Source: the human T2T-CHM13v2.0 reference genome, Homo sapiens
Strand: one strand, 5' to 3'
Length of the DNA stretch: 64,000 bases
NCBI RefSeq assembly: GCF_009914755.1
Contig: NC_060926.1
The first letter of the stretch is position 1; every line of letters starts with the position of its first letter. Made by a program: the position numbers and the translations under genes. The notes below the pieces were generated by a model. It searched no databases, was not told the DNA's origin, and saw nothing but the letters and a program-made list of their open reading frames with translations. Shown here piece by piece: positions 1 through 13,525 of the stretch.

Positions 1-162
1 TGGGCGTGCTGGCGTGTGCCTGTAGTTCCAGCTACTCGGGAAACTGAGGTGGAAGGATCACCTGAGCCCTGGAGGTTGAGGCTGCAGTGAGCCATGATCA
101 TGCTACTGGACTCTGGCCTGGGTAATAGAGTGAGATCATGTCTCAAAAAAAAAAAAAAAAAA
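1..162 (+). mobile_element. Alu right arm (old, AluJ-like) with poly(A) tail, cut by window edge
   Basis: gcctgtagttccagctactcggga...gaggctgcagtgagccatgatc...gtctc(A)n. Confidence 0.9.
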
Positions 163-353
163 GGTTATTTTAAGACATGCTACAGTAAGTTTGTCTTTGG
201 TATCTGAAAGAGCTTGAGGCCTAACAACTTAACTTTAACATTTTATTTTTGCTGCTCTGGTAGGAATGTCTCTGAAAGTTATTATGAGGCTTTATAAGCA
301 TCAGATTGTCTCTTGAAGGTATGGGTTATAATTGGTGGTTCTATTTTAACAAG

Positions 354-445
354 GTGCAGGTTTTGCAGCATTTGGACAAACAAAGCCAGTAGTAACCCCT
401 TTTGGTCAAGTTGCAGCTGCTGGAGTATCTAGTAATCCTTTTATG
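354..445 (+). CDS. AGFG1: AGFG1 (HRB/Rev-interacting ArfGAP with FG repeats) penultimate coding exon
   Basis: Acceptor ttttaacaAG at 352-353, donor GTAAGC at 446. Translates (G)AGFAAFGQTKPVVTPFGQVAAAGVSSNPFM with FG and NPF motifs and splices in phase to the next exon. Recognised as the AGFG1 C-terminus. Confidence 0.93.
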
Positions 446-616
446 GTAAGCAAAATTTAAAATTAAATACTTTATAAGTTGTTAAATCTTATTTTAAAAT
501 TAGGAATAGCAGGATGTTAATATTCCTAGATGGTATTTGGTGTTATATTGATATGAGTGACATCATAAGATTGTACAAATTGACACAGAGCCATTATGTG
601 TGATCCTTTTCTGACC

Positions 617-690
617 TTTTAAAAAATTAGTTGCAAATCAAAGCATTGATAGTTTTTAAAAAATTAGTTGCAAATCAAAGCATTGACAGT
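617..690. repeat. 37-bp direct tandem duplication (2 copies, 1 mismatch) in last AGFG1 intron
   Basis: ttttaaaaaattagttgcaaatcaaagcattgaYagt at 617-653 and 654-690. Confidence 0.95.
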
Positions 691-1085
691 AGATCAGCTA
701 TTTTATAATATGAAACTTATCTGCTTTCTTGTCAAAATAACACTTTATGAGAGGCCCTAGGAATTAGTGAACATAAAAGAGAGGTCTTAAGAGTCAGAAG
801 TTTTGTTTGAATCACACGTGCTTTTCTAAGACCATTCTAAGATTCTTCTTAGAATCTATTACAAGAACTGTTTGAAGTACTGGATATGAAGGACGTAGCA
901 CAGTTCATGACACATAGTAGTTTGATATAGCTTATTGCCAATAACAAATATTATTGCCAATAATTTAAAAAATAATTCTTAACCAAAAAGTCTAATTAAA
1001 AAAATTAAATTCAGTTTAATGTTTTTATATTTTGTACATGCACTACTTTTGTCTCTTTATTTATTTGTCTTATGTTTTCCTTTAG

Positions 1086-1145
1086 ACTGGTGCACCAACA
1101 GGACAATTTCCAACAGGAAGCTCATCAACCAATCCTTTCTTATAG
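1086..1145 (+). CDS. AGFG1: AGFG1 terminal coding exon (TGAPTGQFPTGSSSTNPFL*)
   Basis: Long polypyrimidine tract and tttAG acceptor (1084-1085). 19 codons plus TAG, ending in the EH-domain-binding NPF motif. Confidence 0.95.
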   Translation, partial: TGAPTGQFPTGSSSTNPFL

Positions 1146-1711
1146 CCTTATATAGACAATTTACTGGAACGAACTTTTATGTGGTCACATTACATCTCTC
1201 CACCTCTTGCACTGTTGTCTTGTTTCACTGATCTTAGCTTTAAACACAAGAGAAGTCTTTAAAAAGCCTGCATTGTGTATTAAACACCAGGTAATATGTG
1301 CAAAACCGAGGGCTCCAGTAACACCTTCTAACCTGTGAATTGGCAGAAAAGGGTAGCGGTATCATGTATATTAAAATTGGCTAATATTAAGTTATTGCAG
1401 ATACCACATTCATTATGCTGCAGTACTGTACATATTTTTCTTAGAAATTAGCTATTTGTGCATATCAGTATTTGTAACTTTAACACATTGTTATGTGAGA
1501 AATGTTACTGGGGAAATAGATCAGCCACTTTTAAGGTGCTGTCATATATCTTGGAATGAATGACCTAAAATCATTTTAACCATTGCTACTGGAAAGTAAC
1601 AGAGTCAAAATTGGAAGGTTTTATTCATTCTTGAATTTTTCCTTTCTAAAGAGCTCTTCTATTTATACATGCCTAAATTCTTTTAAAATGTAGAGGGATA
1701 CCTGTCTGCAT

Positions 1712-1760
1712 AATAAAGCTGATCATGTTTTGCTACAGTTTGCAGGTGAAAAAAAATAAA
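1712..1760 (+). terminator. Candidate proximal poly(A) signals of AGFG1
   Basis: AATAAA at 1712-1717 and 1755-1760, followed by GT/T-rich tgttttttgtgtt. Confidence 0.6.
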
Positions 1761-3436
1761 TATTATAAAATATGCTATTGTTTTTGTGTTCTTGCTGCAA
1801 TGCCTTTACCAAAGTGGCCTTAAATATGAGTAGTGAATTGAGAACATCTTGAATTCTTAAAAGACTTCTTAGTGACTTTTTATAAAAAGGCCATGTAGAA
1901 AATTTATTAAAACTACTATGACTGCTACATTCAGGAATATGCCAGTGGTAAAGCATTTAAATGTAGCTTGTCAGATTTACCATAATCCTACTAATTTCTT
2001 TGCAGCTTATTAATTTTGTGAAATTTGTATATATGAAGAATTTGCATGTATGTGTATTTACAAATTTTTCTAAGTATCTTGAATTCTCAGACTGCAAAAG
2101 GCCTATTTTAACTATTGATTTTTTTTTAAAAAAATTGTCTTTGAATGTATTGGAAGTAGACATGCATTAACTGTGACATTATTGCACCTCAGTTTTTTTC
2201 TTTCTTTTTTTGGGCAAACTGATATTATCTATAGGATATTTGTTTATGTTTGTTTTTTGGGGGAAAGAAACTGGAACTCAGTGTTACCTTAAAGTTACGG
2301 AATACTTTGTTTTAAAGGAAAAGATAATAAGTTTAGTTATATCTTTTTGTTAATATTCAAATGAACTTGTTTAAGTATCTATGTACAGTAATGCCTCATT
2401 CATCTAGAGGTAATCTGGCAGTCTTGTGAAAACCGAACACAACTCAGAAACTTGGAATCGTTTTTTTTAAAAATGCCTCTGAGCAACCCATATAAGTCAC
2501 AAAGTCTGTGTGTTAGAGCTTATGCATTTGTTTTTATGAGAGATTTTAATAAATTTAATTATTTGCTTGTCCAGACTATAGCATATTAGCTGTTTAGAAG
2601 GGATGGCTTGAAAGGAAGGAGACTGAAAAACACTCTGAGAGCATACACTGTCCAAGGCCATTAGTGTAAGGACCGCTACCCAGCCTAGAGGACATCACTA
2701 TACTACATCATCTGATGATTATTCTTTATTATGCCTCTAGGTAATTAAGTAAAGGTGAAATTGCATACACAGATATGTAGTACATATTTTAAAAGTTTTA
2801 TCTTAAATTGATTAAAACTTTTTAAAAAGCTTTGGTATTAAAAGAGGTAAACATCAGTTTCCTCAAACATTTTATTCATGTTGAATGCCTTTTTGCAATG
2901 ATGACTGAGTTGTTATCATAGTATTTTAAAACCTGTATAGTGTTTTAGACTTGTTAAAACATTGCTGTCTAGTGTACATCTAGCTAAAAGTGTGGTTTAT
3001 CTAAACCGTTTTAATAAGCAAGATGACTGGGAAATCTCTGCCCCTTTTCTGAGCAGTATGCCTCTTCTTTTAGAATTAAATGAATGCTGCACAGGTCCAG
3101 ATGTGTGTTGATGTAGACTTGAAATGTCTCCACATTTTGGAGGACTTCCTCAGCCCTTTTCATTGAGGGAAAATATATTTGAATTTCTGTTTTAGATTGT
3201 ATCGGGTCCCAGTTGATTCATGTGTACAAAGTTATGCTACCTAATTACAGACCATTACCCAAATATCCTACCAGGCTTTCCATCTGAATAGTAAATTAAA
3301 CAGTTGTTATCAAAATGATTTTAAAGACTATTTCTTTTTCTGGGTAACTATTGAAGTTTGTAATTAAATGGGGGCTCTTACTGACTTTAAATTAGCGCTT
3401 ATAAAATAAAAATGTTTAGTTCAAGAAGAGACCCAA

Positions 3437-3600
3437 GCTGGGTATGGTGGTGTGAGAGCCTGTGAGTCCTAGCTACCTGGAGGTGAGGTGGGAACATCAC
3501 TTGAGCCCAGGAGTTGGAGGCTGCAGTGCGCTACGATCACACCACTGCACACCAGCCTGGGGATAGAGTGAGATCCCATCTCTAAAAAATGAAAAAAAGA
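3437..3600 (+). mobile_element. Alu monomer (FRAM/AluJ arm) in 3'UTR
   Basis: gctgggtatggtggtgtg...cctagctac...gaggctgcagtg...ccagcctggg...A-rich tail. Confidence 0.85.
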
Positions 3601-6600
3601 AGAGAGGTAGCTTTAAAGTGGTTTTTCTCATGATATTCACTGTTTATTATTAAAGAAAATCAGCTTTCGTTAGACTTTTACATTTAGATTTATTCTAGTT
3701 TTATATAGACCATCAAAATTATGTTGAGTACTAAAAAGGAGAAAAAATCCTGGAAGGTAACAAGGCTGAAGACCTTCAAATTTCCTGGCTTACTGGTTTA
3801 GTCACATCATTTTTCCTGTTCAGGTATCTGCAGATATCCCTGTTCAGGAAAGATCTTTTTTCAGGATGGCAAACTTTTGACATAGTTTAAAGACATTTTT
3901 TCCCCATTTTTTGAAATAGAGAATATTTTATTATTTTTGTGAAAATAGAGTTTTGGTAATCACTTTCTTCCTCAAAATAAGTCCTTCTGTTAATTTGTAA
4001 AAGCACATTAGTGCTTTACCTGTGAAATTCCCCGCCCCCCTGCACACACACCCACTTTAGTACAGTTCCTGTCAATTGGCAACATGGAGAGGGTGACCTG
4101 GCTGCTGGTTTACCACTGTACCAACATCTCTGGAGCATTTTAGTTTCAGAACCTTAACACTCCCCAACAGCTTTGTTGATGTAGCTTGTATCTCTGAGAA
4201 TTTATTGTATTAAAATTAATACTGAGATATTTTTAAAACATGTTTATTTAAGTATAACAGTAATAAACTAATAACTTGCTAACATAAATACCATTTTTGA
4301 TAAAAATAACTTTTCCAAAACAAAAACTAATGAGAACAGGAACATTGTTTTACATTTTATGCATTTAAATCTGGCTTAATAAAAGCAGTGAGATTTTCAT
4401 GCTGCTTTTGCATTCCAACTTAAAAATTACACAGCATACACACGCTGGAAAACTCCACTGTGCACTTGTGAGATCAGGAGAATGAAAACTATGTAATATC
4501 TCAGTAGTACAATGAAAATAGTTTGACTTTTCACAGCCTTTCAAAGAAAGGGTTGTAGGGACCATTAAGGGTCTCCAGACTCTTTGAGAACCACTATACT
4601 TTAAATTTGTGTATTTCTAGAACAGTATTTACTTGCAGGGCAAACATAACTATTCCCTGGGTTTTTTTTGTTTGCTAGTGAGAACTGAAATTGCAGACTT
4701 TTTAACACTACTTCAAGGTAATAATAGCAGTGGTATTATGGGCTGTGTATGAGATAGTCATTTGTAAAACAATTTTCATATTTCATCTCTTACAATCCCT
4801 GCAGTGGACCTATACTTTTAGGATGAAAGAAGCAAAGCATAGAGAGGTTAAGCTAGTGGCAGCTTTTTGCTCTGGGGAACAGATTTGGATTAAATGCTAT
4901 CACATTTATATATGAATGCATTCTTTCTTAATATTTTGAAATTCTGAACAAGTTAACGTTCTTGTCTTGTATATCTAAAAAAACTTTAATCACTTGAATT
5001 CCTTTCATAATTTGATGAAATCAGTACAGTTTATTCTTGGTTTTTTTTTTTAACTTTAGAAGTAAATTAATATGGTAACTAGTGGAGCGTGCTTTAGATT
5101 GAAGACTCATCTGAAGTATCACAGACTCCTATTTTGTAAAGCATTCCACCTTTATTGATACAGTTTGTGGCCTATACACTTTTAAAATTTATTTTTTAAA
5201 AGGTGATATTAAAATTTGTATTTAACCTGTTGTATTCATCCTCATTAGTTAAGTTTTTCTTTTTATGTTTTAAAACTTAGTGACATTAAACTTTTCACGT
5301 GGTTGTTTGTGAACAGATGAATATATAACCACGATGTAATCCAGTGTTGTGCTGCTGAATGTTTAACAACCATCTTTCATGAAAGAAAAAAGGCCCTGTT
5401 TTGTAGCATTTACTAATATTTATGGTATAAATACTGTCTTCATGGTGATTTTACCTGCCAATCTGATGTCATTAAATGCAGTTTGATGAAAGAGATAGCC
5501 AACCAGTGGCTTTCCCAAGCCTTGGCAAACCAGCTTCAGCACAGCAAAGGACATACAATTCCACAACTCATTAATTAAATGTATTGGTCATTTGATGATT
5601 ATATCCAGTATTTGGAGAACTTTTATATTGTTAATTCATTTAGCAAGCATTTGAACACTTGTTTATTTTTAGAGATATACTGGGCACTGAGGTATTTAAT
5701 GTGCAAAGACCCAAGTATCGTGAACCTTGGTTTTAAAAAGTCCAATTATTGTGCTCTTATAGGGGTTGCACATTCAAGGCTTACACTGAATTCTGTCTGC
5801 AGTTCTGTTTTGTGTGACCAGCACAGTGTTTTAAAACGTTGCATTCTGAATCCATCTTTTTGAAATGGGGCATGTACTCTTAAGGTGGCCACTAGCTTAC
5901 CATTCCCAATTTTTCTTAGTCTCAAACATTCACATGTTTTTCAAGGCCTTGGAGTTGGCAAATCCTGAATATATAGTGAAGGTAGGAAATAGCTCTTCTT
6001 ATGCCACATCTTAGTCTGATTTTGAAGTCAGTTGTGTAAGTTTGGGCTGACAGTGGTATTTTCCAGTGAAGACTATCGCCAAGAATGCATATCATTCTGC
6101 TTATTTTATTCTAGTGGATAAAAATTCAACGTATATTTAAGTGTATTTTTGACATCTGTGCTTGTCCAACACAGGGCTGTAGGGACTGATGAAAAGAGAA
6201 TGTTGTGATTTGAGCTTTTATAAAAAAAGATAAGTGATCCTAGATAAAATATTTTAGATGGTGATTAAAATGCCCATAGATTAATTTTTTAATCGGTTCT
6301 CTGAAATCTTGAGATGTTATCCAAGTTACAATTTAAGCAATGAGAGTAAAATTTGAATTCTAAATTCTCAGCATCTTCCCTCATTCTTGAGTGGAGAGAC
6401 AGAGGAAGCAAACGCCAAGGAGCCTTCTAATTTTGACTATATGATCATTAACTAAAGGCAGCAAGGGATTGTAAACTAATCTTACATAGTCAATGTTTCA
6501 TAGAATGCTTTGGTTACAATCAGGTTTTTTAAAGACTTTAAAGGTTTTTTGTATGCTATAATATATGCTTATGATTTCTAAAAATTATGCAGTATACACA

Positions 6601-7840
6601 AAGGGCATAAAGTCAAAAAGTGTGTCTCCCTCTGTGACTTTATTCTCATACCCCAGAGGTATATAATTTCTTGTATTCTTGTGTAGTCTTTAAGAAATGT
6701 TATCGTTTATTTTATATATGGCTCTCTCTCTGTATGCCTCTTCCTGTTCTTATTTTAAATGTTCAAGTTTGTGACTTGGTTCTTGTTTAACTTGGTTGTC
6801 TTTCCATATTGCCACCTTCCAGCTCTAACATTAATGTCTCCAGGATTCCATTATATGGATGTCCCTTTGGGAGAACATTTGTTTATAGACTTTTCTACTA
6901 AAAATATTGTTATAATGATAATATCCTTATGCATATATGAAGATTACTCTTGATTCTGCCTGACTGGAAACTTTATTAATAAAGTAGACATTATTCTATT
7001 TTGAGGCTCACCAGCTGTGTAGGTATGATCTTGTGCTTCCATTTAAGAAATTCTTCCATTTAAAGAAGAAAAAAAATCTCTCTAATTGACTATCTGAAGA
7101 TATATGAAAAAGCCTATGCTTTTAAATTAAACTGTTAAGACAGTCCATTGAAAGATTGTGGAAGTTCACATCTATTTTGCACCTTAATTTTTTCATTGTC
7201 CCTACTCATGACTCTAAAAAGTGCATGGCTTGGGGCTATACTTTGTTTTGCAGTTTGTTGGTATCGTGCCTTTCCTTATCTACATTAGCTTAGACTATAC
7301 CTTATTTTTAAGAAGAGAAAGTGGAAATTAACTGTGGCAAAACCTATTTTGGCACAACCACATTTGTTCATTATACAAAATTAGCTTCCTATGCTTTAGA
7401 AAAAATGTGAGTTATTACTCTGAAAGTTGTGATTCTGATTCCTCATGGTTTGGAGCTCAGAAATTTCTTAACATGTCTTTGCTGTTAGTCAAGCACAGGA
7501 TTTGTTTTCTGCAAAAGTTTATTTTCAATGAAGAATACTTGTCCTAATAGCTCATAAAAAGTACCTTTGCACTTTAAATCCTAGGAATAGGGAACAAGGA
7601 AACTTACTGGGAAGTTCAAAAGAAAGAATAACAGGACCTTCTAGTCAGCAGGGCATGTTTGGAAAATGTTAATACGCCATGATTTTTGAAGACCAATTTT
7701 AGTTCAGGAGGTGGTTTTAAATATTGGATGAAAACTTACAGGCTGTTTTCAATATTCATTTCTGAAATACTTTAGTATGATAGATAAATTTGGTTAAGTT
7801 CTTGTTCATTGTGAAATACTGTTGGAAGAATTTTTTTCAA

Positions 7841-7846
7841 AATAAA
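7841..7846 (+). terminator. Candidate distal poly(A) signal of AGFG1
   Basis: AATAAA preceded by a U-rich run, at the end of the repeat-poor region. Confidence 0.55.
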
Positions 7847-8743
7847 GACTTCTGAATTTGTGTACCATTTGGGAATAGCCTCTTTCATTTAAATGAGTGT
7901 CAAATCTGGAAAATTGGAAGAATATTTGTTCCTTTCATCACTCACATTATGCATTTCTGTAAAGCAGCTCATGCATTTACTTCCAGCTTAACGTGTTTTC
8001 CATTAATTAATAAGTTTTGCCATTTTTTTCTGTATTTTTCAATTAAAAAGTCTTCATTTTTAAAAAGCAGGATCTATTTGTTACTTAATTTGCAATATTT
8101 TTTTTTCAAAGATGGATTTTTTTTTTTCTGGAGTACACATTGATGGAAGTTGGTTTTAAGAAAGCATTGTAATGGGAATTTACCTACCTTACTACTGTTG
8201 AAGTTTAGAAGGTAAATGCTGAACTGTGTTTGTCACATCCCTAATCTTATTTCTCTGTAGTGGTCACTGACTATTATTTGTTATGAGTCCATCTTGATTA
8301 TTCTGTACATCTTGTTTAAATTATTTTCACTAACCATCACCAGAACACAGAAGAAAATTTTGTTTCCTTAGAATCAATGAGTATTTCCACCACCTGAGGG
8401 TGGGGGACAAGGAGGAGAGAACTAATGTTTGTTTTAGCCTCTTTAATGAGAAACTATTCAAATTACTTTTCTTCATTTTTTTTCTCAAATGGTATGCTAA
8501 TGATTTTTGCTGACCTCAAGATTTGGGGCTCTGTGAAAAGTACTATACCAGAGTTAAATTGCCTGTGTTCTTTTCTGCCATTAACTGGCTTTGGGTTGGG
8601 AAATTCAGATAATTCCACTTTTCCAACTTTAAAATGAGATCTCATTCAAAACAAAATTGCCCACAACCATTTGGAATATGTGTTTAAATTAGACAGTAAT
8701 GCTTTGGAAAGTGGAATTAAACATTTCAGAATAATAGCTGTTA

Positions 8744-9031
<288 letters not shown>

Positions 9032-9505
9032 AATAATAGTTGTTAGATTGAACATAGAAAACACGTTTTTGTAGATAAAAATTGCCAAGTGTCAGCAACT
9101 TTGACAATTTTTAAATCACCAACTTGTGCCATTTACCTCATCTAATTGATCCCATTTAATGGACACAAAAACCCTTTAAGGCAGTATTTGTCAGAAGAAA
9201 ACACAAGTGTTCGCTTGACCAGGATTGCACAGCTAATTAGTAAGTGGCAGGAGTAGAATTCTGTCTGACTTTAAAATTAATCTTCCTGTCAATATTGTAT
9301 TCCTGCTTTGAAGCTCCTCATTCTAGCAGTTTTAATGAGTATGGATATTTAAAAAAAAAAAAAAAACACCTGTTTCACAAGCACTGTTGGAAACTGTAAG
9401 GACTACTCACAGCCTTCCTACCCCAAATTTGGAGTTTTTTCCTTCCACATTTGCTTCCTGCCAATGTGAAATATTTTGTTGTGATCATAACCAGTTAATT
9501 TTTAA

Positions 9506-9633
9506 CCCATTTATGCCTAGTGTTCCATTATTGGAATGCTAAGCTTGTGGGAATTATTTATATCCTACTGCTCAAGGTCATTGCCAAGGTCTAATTTTTC
9601 ACAAAAAAATTTGCAACTTCCAGCATAAATGGA
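9506..9633 (+). mobile_element. MER85 (piggyBac/PGBD3-derived MITE)
   Basis: TTAA target duplications at 9502-9505 and 9634-9637. TIRs cccatttatgc...gcataaatgga. Internal palindrome gttccattattggaa(t). Confidence 0.9.
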
Positions 9634-10913
9634 TTAATGTTGAATTTTTCCTACATACGAGTTTTCTTCCAAACAAAATACATTTACATTTGTTATTTTT
9701 TCTGATGGTGAAAATACATAATTATTGTAAGGAATTTGAAAATAGAGAAAAGTTTGTAATCTTGTGCAGGTATAAGTATGTCTGGATTGTGTTTTATGGA
9801 TAAGTATAAAGACTTCTTACAGAATGGCATCATATTATGCTTACTATTTTGTAACCTTTTCCTCAATATATCATGGTTTTCTTTCAGTGTCAAATATAGA
9901 ACCAGATTCTCTTCCAATGAAGTTTCATTATATGGAGTTCTCATAATTAATCTCTATGACAAATGTTAATATTGTTTCCAATTTTCAACATCAGGAATTT
10001 TACCTGTGTTTTTATTTTTATTTTACCTGTACACATGATTTGGAGTCATGTTTTCTTAGAAATTGAATTGCCGAGTGAACAGTGTACATCTTAAGAACAT
10101 TGATACGTCTCCTCTTCTGTACTGCAATGTAGATTTTGTGGTCATTTGTCATTTTTCATAATGTTAATTGAATACCTCTAACTTTTCATTTGGATTATGT
10201 CTGGGAATTAAATATTTGTAAATCACACTATTGGCTTATAAGGATTAACATCCTCTCAACTTAATTACTATTTAAAGAGATTGTTTTAATTTATGGAATA
10301 CCAAAAAAGGCACGTGGGCCATTTTTACTCCAGTTCTTTTTAATGATTGCTGATTTCAGGGGATTCTTCATTTTTTTCTTTTTTTTGATTACTAGTGAGT
10401 TGGATTTTTTTTCATGATTTTCTACTTGCATTTTCTCATTTATGAATTGTGTTAAAAGTTTAAGGCATTAATTGGATCAACTAAATTTACGTTTTTATTC
10501 ATTTATCTCATTTTGGGATTTCAGAGGCACAAACTGGGACTTTCGTATTGCTAATGATGTCATTTAACTTTTAGGCTGAATAACTTAATCTGTAATCTAG
10601 AGATTGAAAAATCTAGATAACTGCTAAACTTCCTTCTAGTTTCATAATTTTTTAAAAATCAGAGAAGGATAACTTATTCAGATCCTCTGGTTGAACTGGT
10701 TGTTATGCAGACTTAAAAGCTTATTTCTTCACCCTACCCTACATCTAGAACACATAGAAATGGCTGTTGTATTTTTTTGTTTTTGTTTTTTTTGTTTGTT
10801 TTTTTGGTGTGTGTTAGTTTCACTGTGATGTGTCTGAATGTGGATGTTTTATTTTTGTGTTGTGCGTGGGATTTGATATGCTTGAATCTGTATTGGGTGG
10901 GTGGGTGGGTGGG

Positions 10914-10916
<3 letters not shown>

Positions 10917-10944
<28 letters not shown>
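10917..10944. repeat. (GT)n microsatellite preceded by GGGT repeats
   Basis: gggtgggtgggtgggtgggagg followed by a (gt) run. Confidence 0.95.
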
Positions 10945-12189
10945 TGCTACCAGCTCTGCAAGTTTCTCAGCCATCCTGTACTCAAGTATTAATTGCCCTA
11001 TTTTCTGCATTAACTTTTAAGGTTTTTAAACGTTTTAAAGAAGGAACTAAGTAAAATTCTTTGGAATCCTTGAAGGGTTTTAAGCATTTAAAATGTTTAT
11101 GGTTATCAGTATCGATTCAGACTAAATTTCTATAAAGTTATCAAAGAAGAATATAAATTTAGAATACATAAGTCATAATATGATTTTAGAACAATACTGT
11201 TTCAGCCTTTCTATTTTAGTTGCTAACTGTATTTGGGTAGGTCTCCCAAATAAGGAGAGAAGAGAGGAATTGCCAGGCCTTCCAGATAAGATTTCCAGTA
11301 TTCTAAACTATGGAAATGTTAGAGAAACTTGCAAATTCTAGCAGGCCAGAGACATTGAATGTTTTTTTTCTTATTAAGAAATAATACTTTAAAATGCAGA
11401 ACAATTTTGACTTCAGTGATGTTTGAGAACTGCTCATGTAAAAGAAATCACACTAAATGCTGTATGTCCTTGTCGTAGTAGCTTCCATTTAGTAGGTGTT
11501 ATATTTGGTGCCACTTTGCTAAGTGATTTTTAAAATAATATTTCCTATAATTTTCACAATCTTATATGTAGGTATGATTTCTATTTTACCAGACAAAACA
11601 GGCGTAGAAATGATGGTTTACTTGCTCAAGTAAAGTAAGTAGCAGAACTGAGCTTTGAATCCAGCTCAAGAGTAGGTATGCAGAACCACTCCACCACAGT
11701 GCCTTGAAGGAACTGGTCTTCTAGAAGGGAGTATGGTGTATATGTAAGTCCACACCAAGGGCAGGGAAGTGGGGCTGTGGGAGAGTAAAGACATCTCAAT
11801 CCGACCTAATACAGATTTATGAAGGAGCAGTAGATGGAAGACTAAGGGGGGAAGAGAAAAGGAAGCAGGAAGAAAAGAGGCCTGTATATTGGGGTTATGC
11901 TGTATTGGGGTCCAAAATACATTGGACAGGTTTTCTCTTCAGGGCATTTGATTAAAGGGTGGTAGGTGTGGGTATGGTTGTGGGGGTATATGTGTGTGTG
12001 TGTGTGTGTCTGACTGTTGGTGAAAGTACTTAATGCAAAATAATTCCTTTCCAGATCTCTCTGGCATGAAGAACATGGAACAAGGTATAACAGTTAATAA
12101 TAGTTGTGTTTAAAATTAGTGTGAAGTAGTATTCGATTGGAATTCTGTATAGCATATATTATTTCACCTAAGGCATTAAAGATGATTAC

Positions 12190-12361
12190 AGTCATTTACT
12201 ACTAAAAATGTGGTCTGAGGACCTACAGCCTGGATGTAGTCACCTTGAAGCTTGTTAATCATGCAGAATCTCAGGCCCCATCCCAGGGTAATAAATCAGA
12301 ATCTGCATTTTAACAAAATCCCTAGGTGATTTGTATGCAAATTCAAGAAAAAGAGGCACTG
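12190..12361. mobile_element. MER5A-like hAT-Charlie MITE
   Basis: atgcagaatctcaggccccatccc...aatcagaatctgcattttaacaaaatccctaggtgatt...gcactg. Confidence 0.8.
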
Positions 12362-13314
12362 ATTTAGGCTCTGTCTATGTTACGTAAATCATTTTTGTAT
12401 ATAGCTTTTAATTTGTTATACTAAAATCACTCTGGAGAATCTTAAAAAGGAGATTGAGAAAAAAATTCTGTGAAAGTACATTTGAATTAAGTTCCTTGTG
12501 GTGTGTGTGTAGTTTTATACATGTGTTGCTAGGAGTCAGGAGTTCGTGCAGAGAGTGATTTATTTATTTAAAAAGTAGAGAAATATGCTGGTATCAGCAT
12601 CACACAGGTAAAGTCATTAGGCGATGCCGTGCAATGAAGATAAATGCAAAGGCAGTAGACTTCCTCTGGAAGATATTGTGGAAGAGGAAAATTGGAAGAG
12701 CACAGGTTTTGCTATCACCATGAAGTCAGTCACTGGAAGAGGAAGGAAGCTCTGCAGATGACAAAAGCACCTGAGGACACCTGAAATATCTCTTGGTGCT
12801 GGTGCACATTTGAGCAGTAGCTCAGAGGAGTGGCATCATTGAGGAGGAGGATACATGTGTTAAGCACCCTGCTGGCCAAGGTATGGCCCGGATGTTGGAA
12901 ACTGGCTGTAGAGCCGCAGTGGTTCCTGATATTAAAGAAATGTTGTTTAAAGCTGTTTTTCTTACACCCTATTTGCCTTTGAAATTTTAAAAGCATTCAC
13001 TTTACACATCTGTTTTGCCTTTTTACAAAACTTTTTTTAAAGAGAGCCCTCTGCCACCAAAATATGCTTGACCTCATCATCCTGAGATCACTGCTATCAA
13101 AATATTTGGTGTATATTTTTTCCCTAGCTAATTTGTGTGTGTATATACATTCTATATAATTGTTTTATTGTGTACAATTTGTGTAACTATTATCTGCTTT
13201 AAAGGTTTAACAGTACCTTTTTCTGTCATTAAATAGTGTGCAAAAGCATGTGTAGTAACTGCACTATATGACTGTCTCTGGTCAGAGCATAAATTTCTTC
13301 ACTGGTCTCCTGTA

Positions 13315-13525
13315 CAGCGGTCTGCAAACTTTTAAGTGGCTAGCTAATACATATTTTTAGACTTTGCTGGTGATATGGTCTCTGTCCTAACTACTGGACT
13401 CTGTTTTTTTAGAACAAAAACAGCCGCAGCTGTAAGCAAAAAAAAAAAGTGAGCTCAGCTTTGTCCCAGTGAAATTTTTCTTGCAAAAACCAGGCCTGCA
13501 GGTCATAGTTTGTCCTCCTTTGTCT
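13315..13525. mobile_element. MER58-like hAT MITE (diverged)
   Basis: cagcggtctgcaaact...atatttttagactttgc...atggtctctgtc...catagtttg. Confidence 0.6.

Larger units (their letters stand above)
1146..7870 (+). other. AGFG1: AGFG1 3'UTR (long form, distal end approximate)
   Basis: AT-rich, nearly transposon-free stretch after the stop. AATAAA at 1712, 1755 and 7841 among others. Distal end inferred from the last hexamer, rising repeat density and recall of a long AGFG1 UTR. Confidence 0.65.

Noticed and set aside
1019-1231. 70-aa ORF overlapping the AGFG1 last exon
   Set aside because: It starts in the intron and is out of frame with the spliced NPF-encoding exon.
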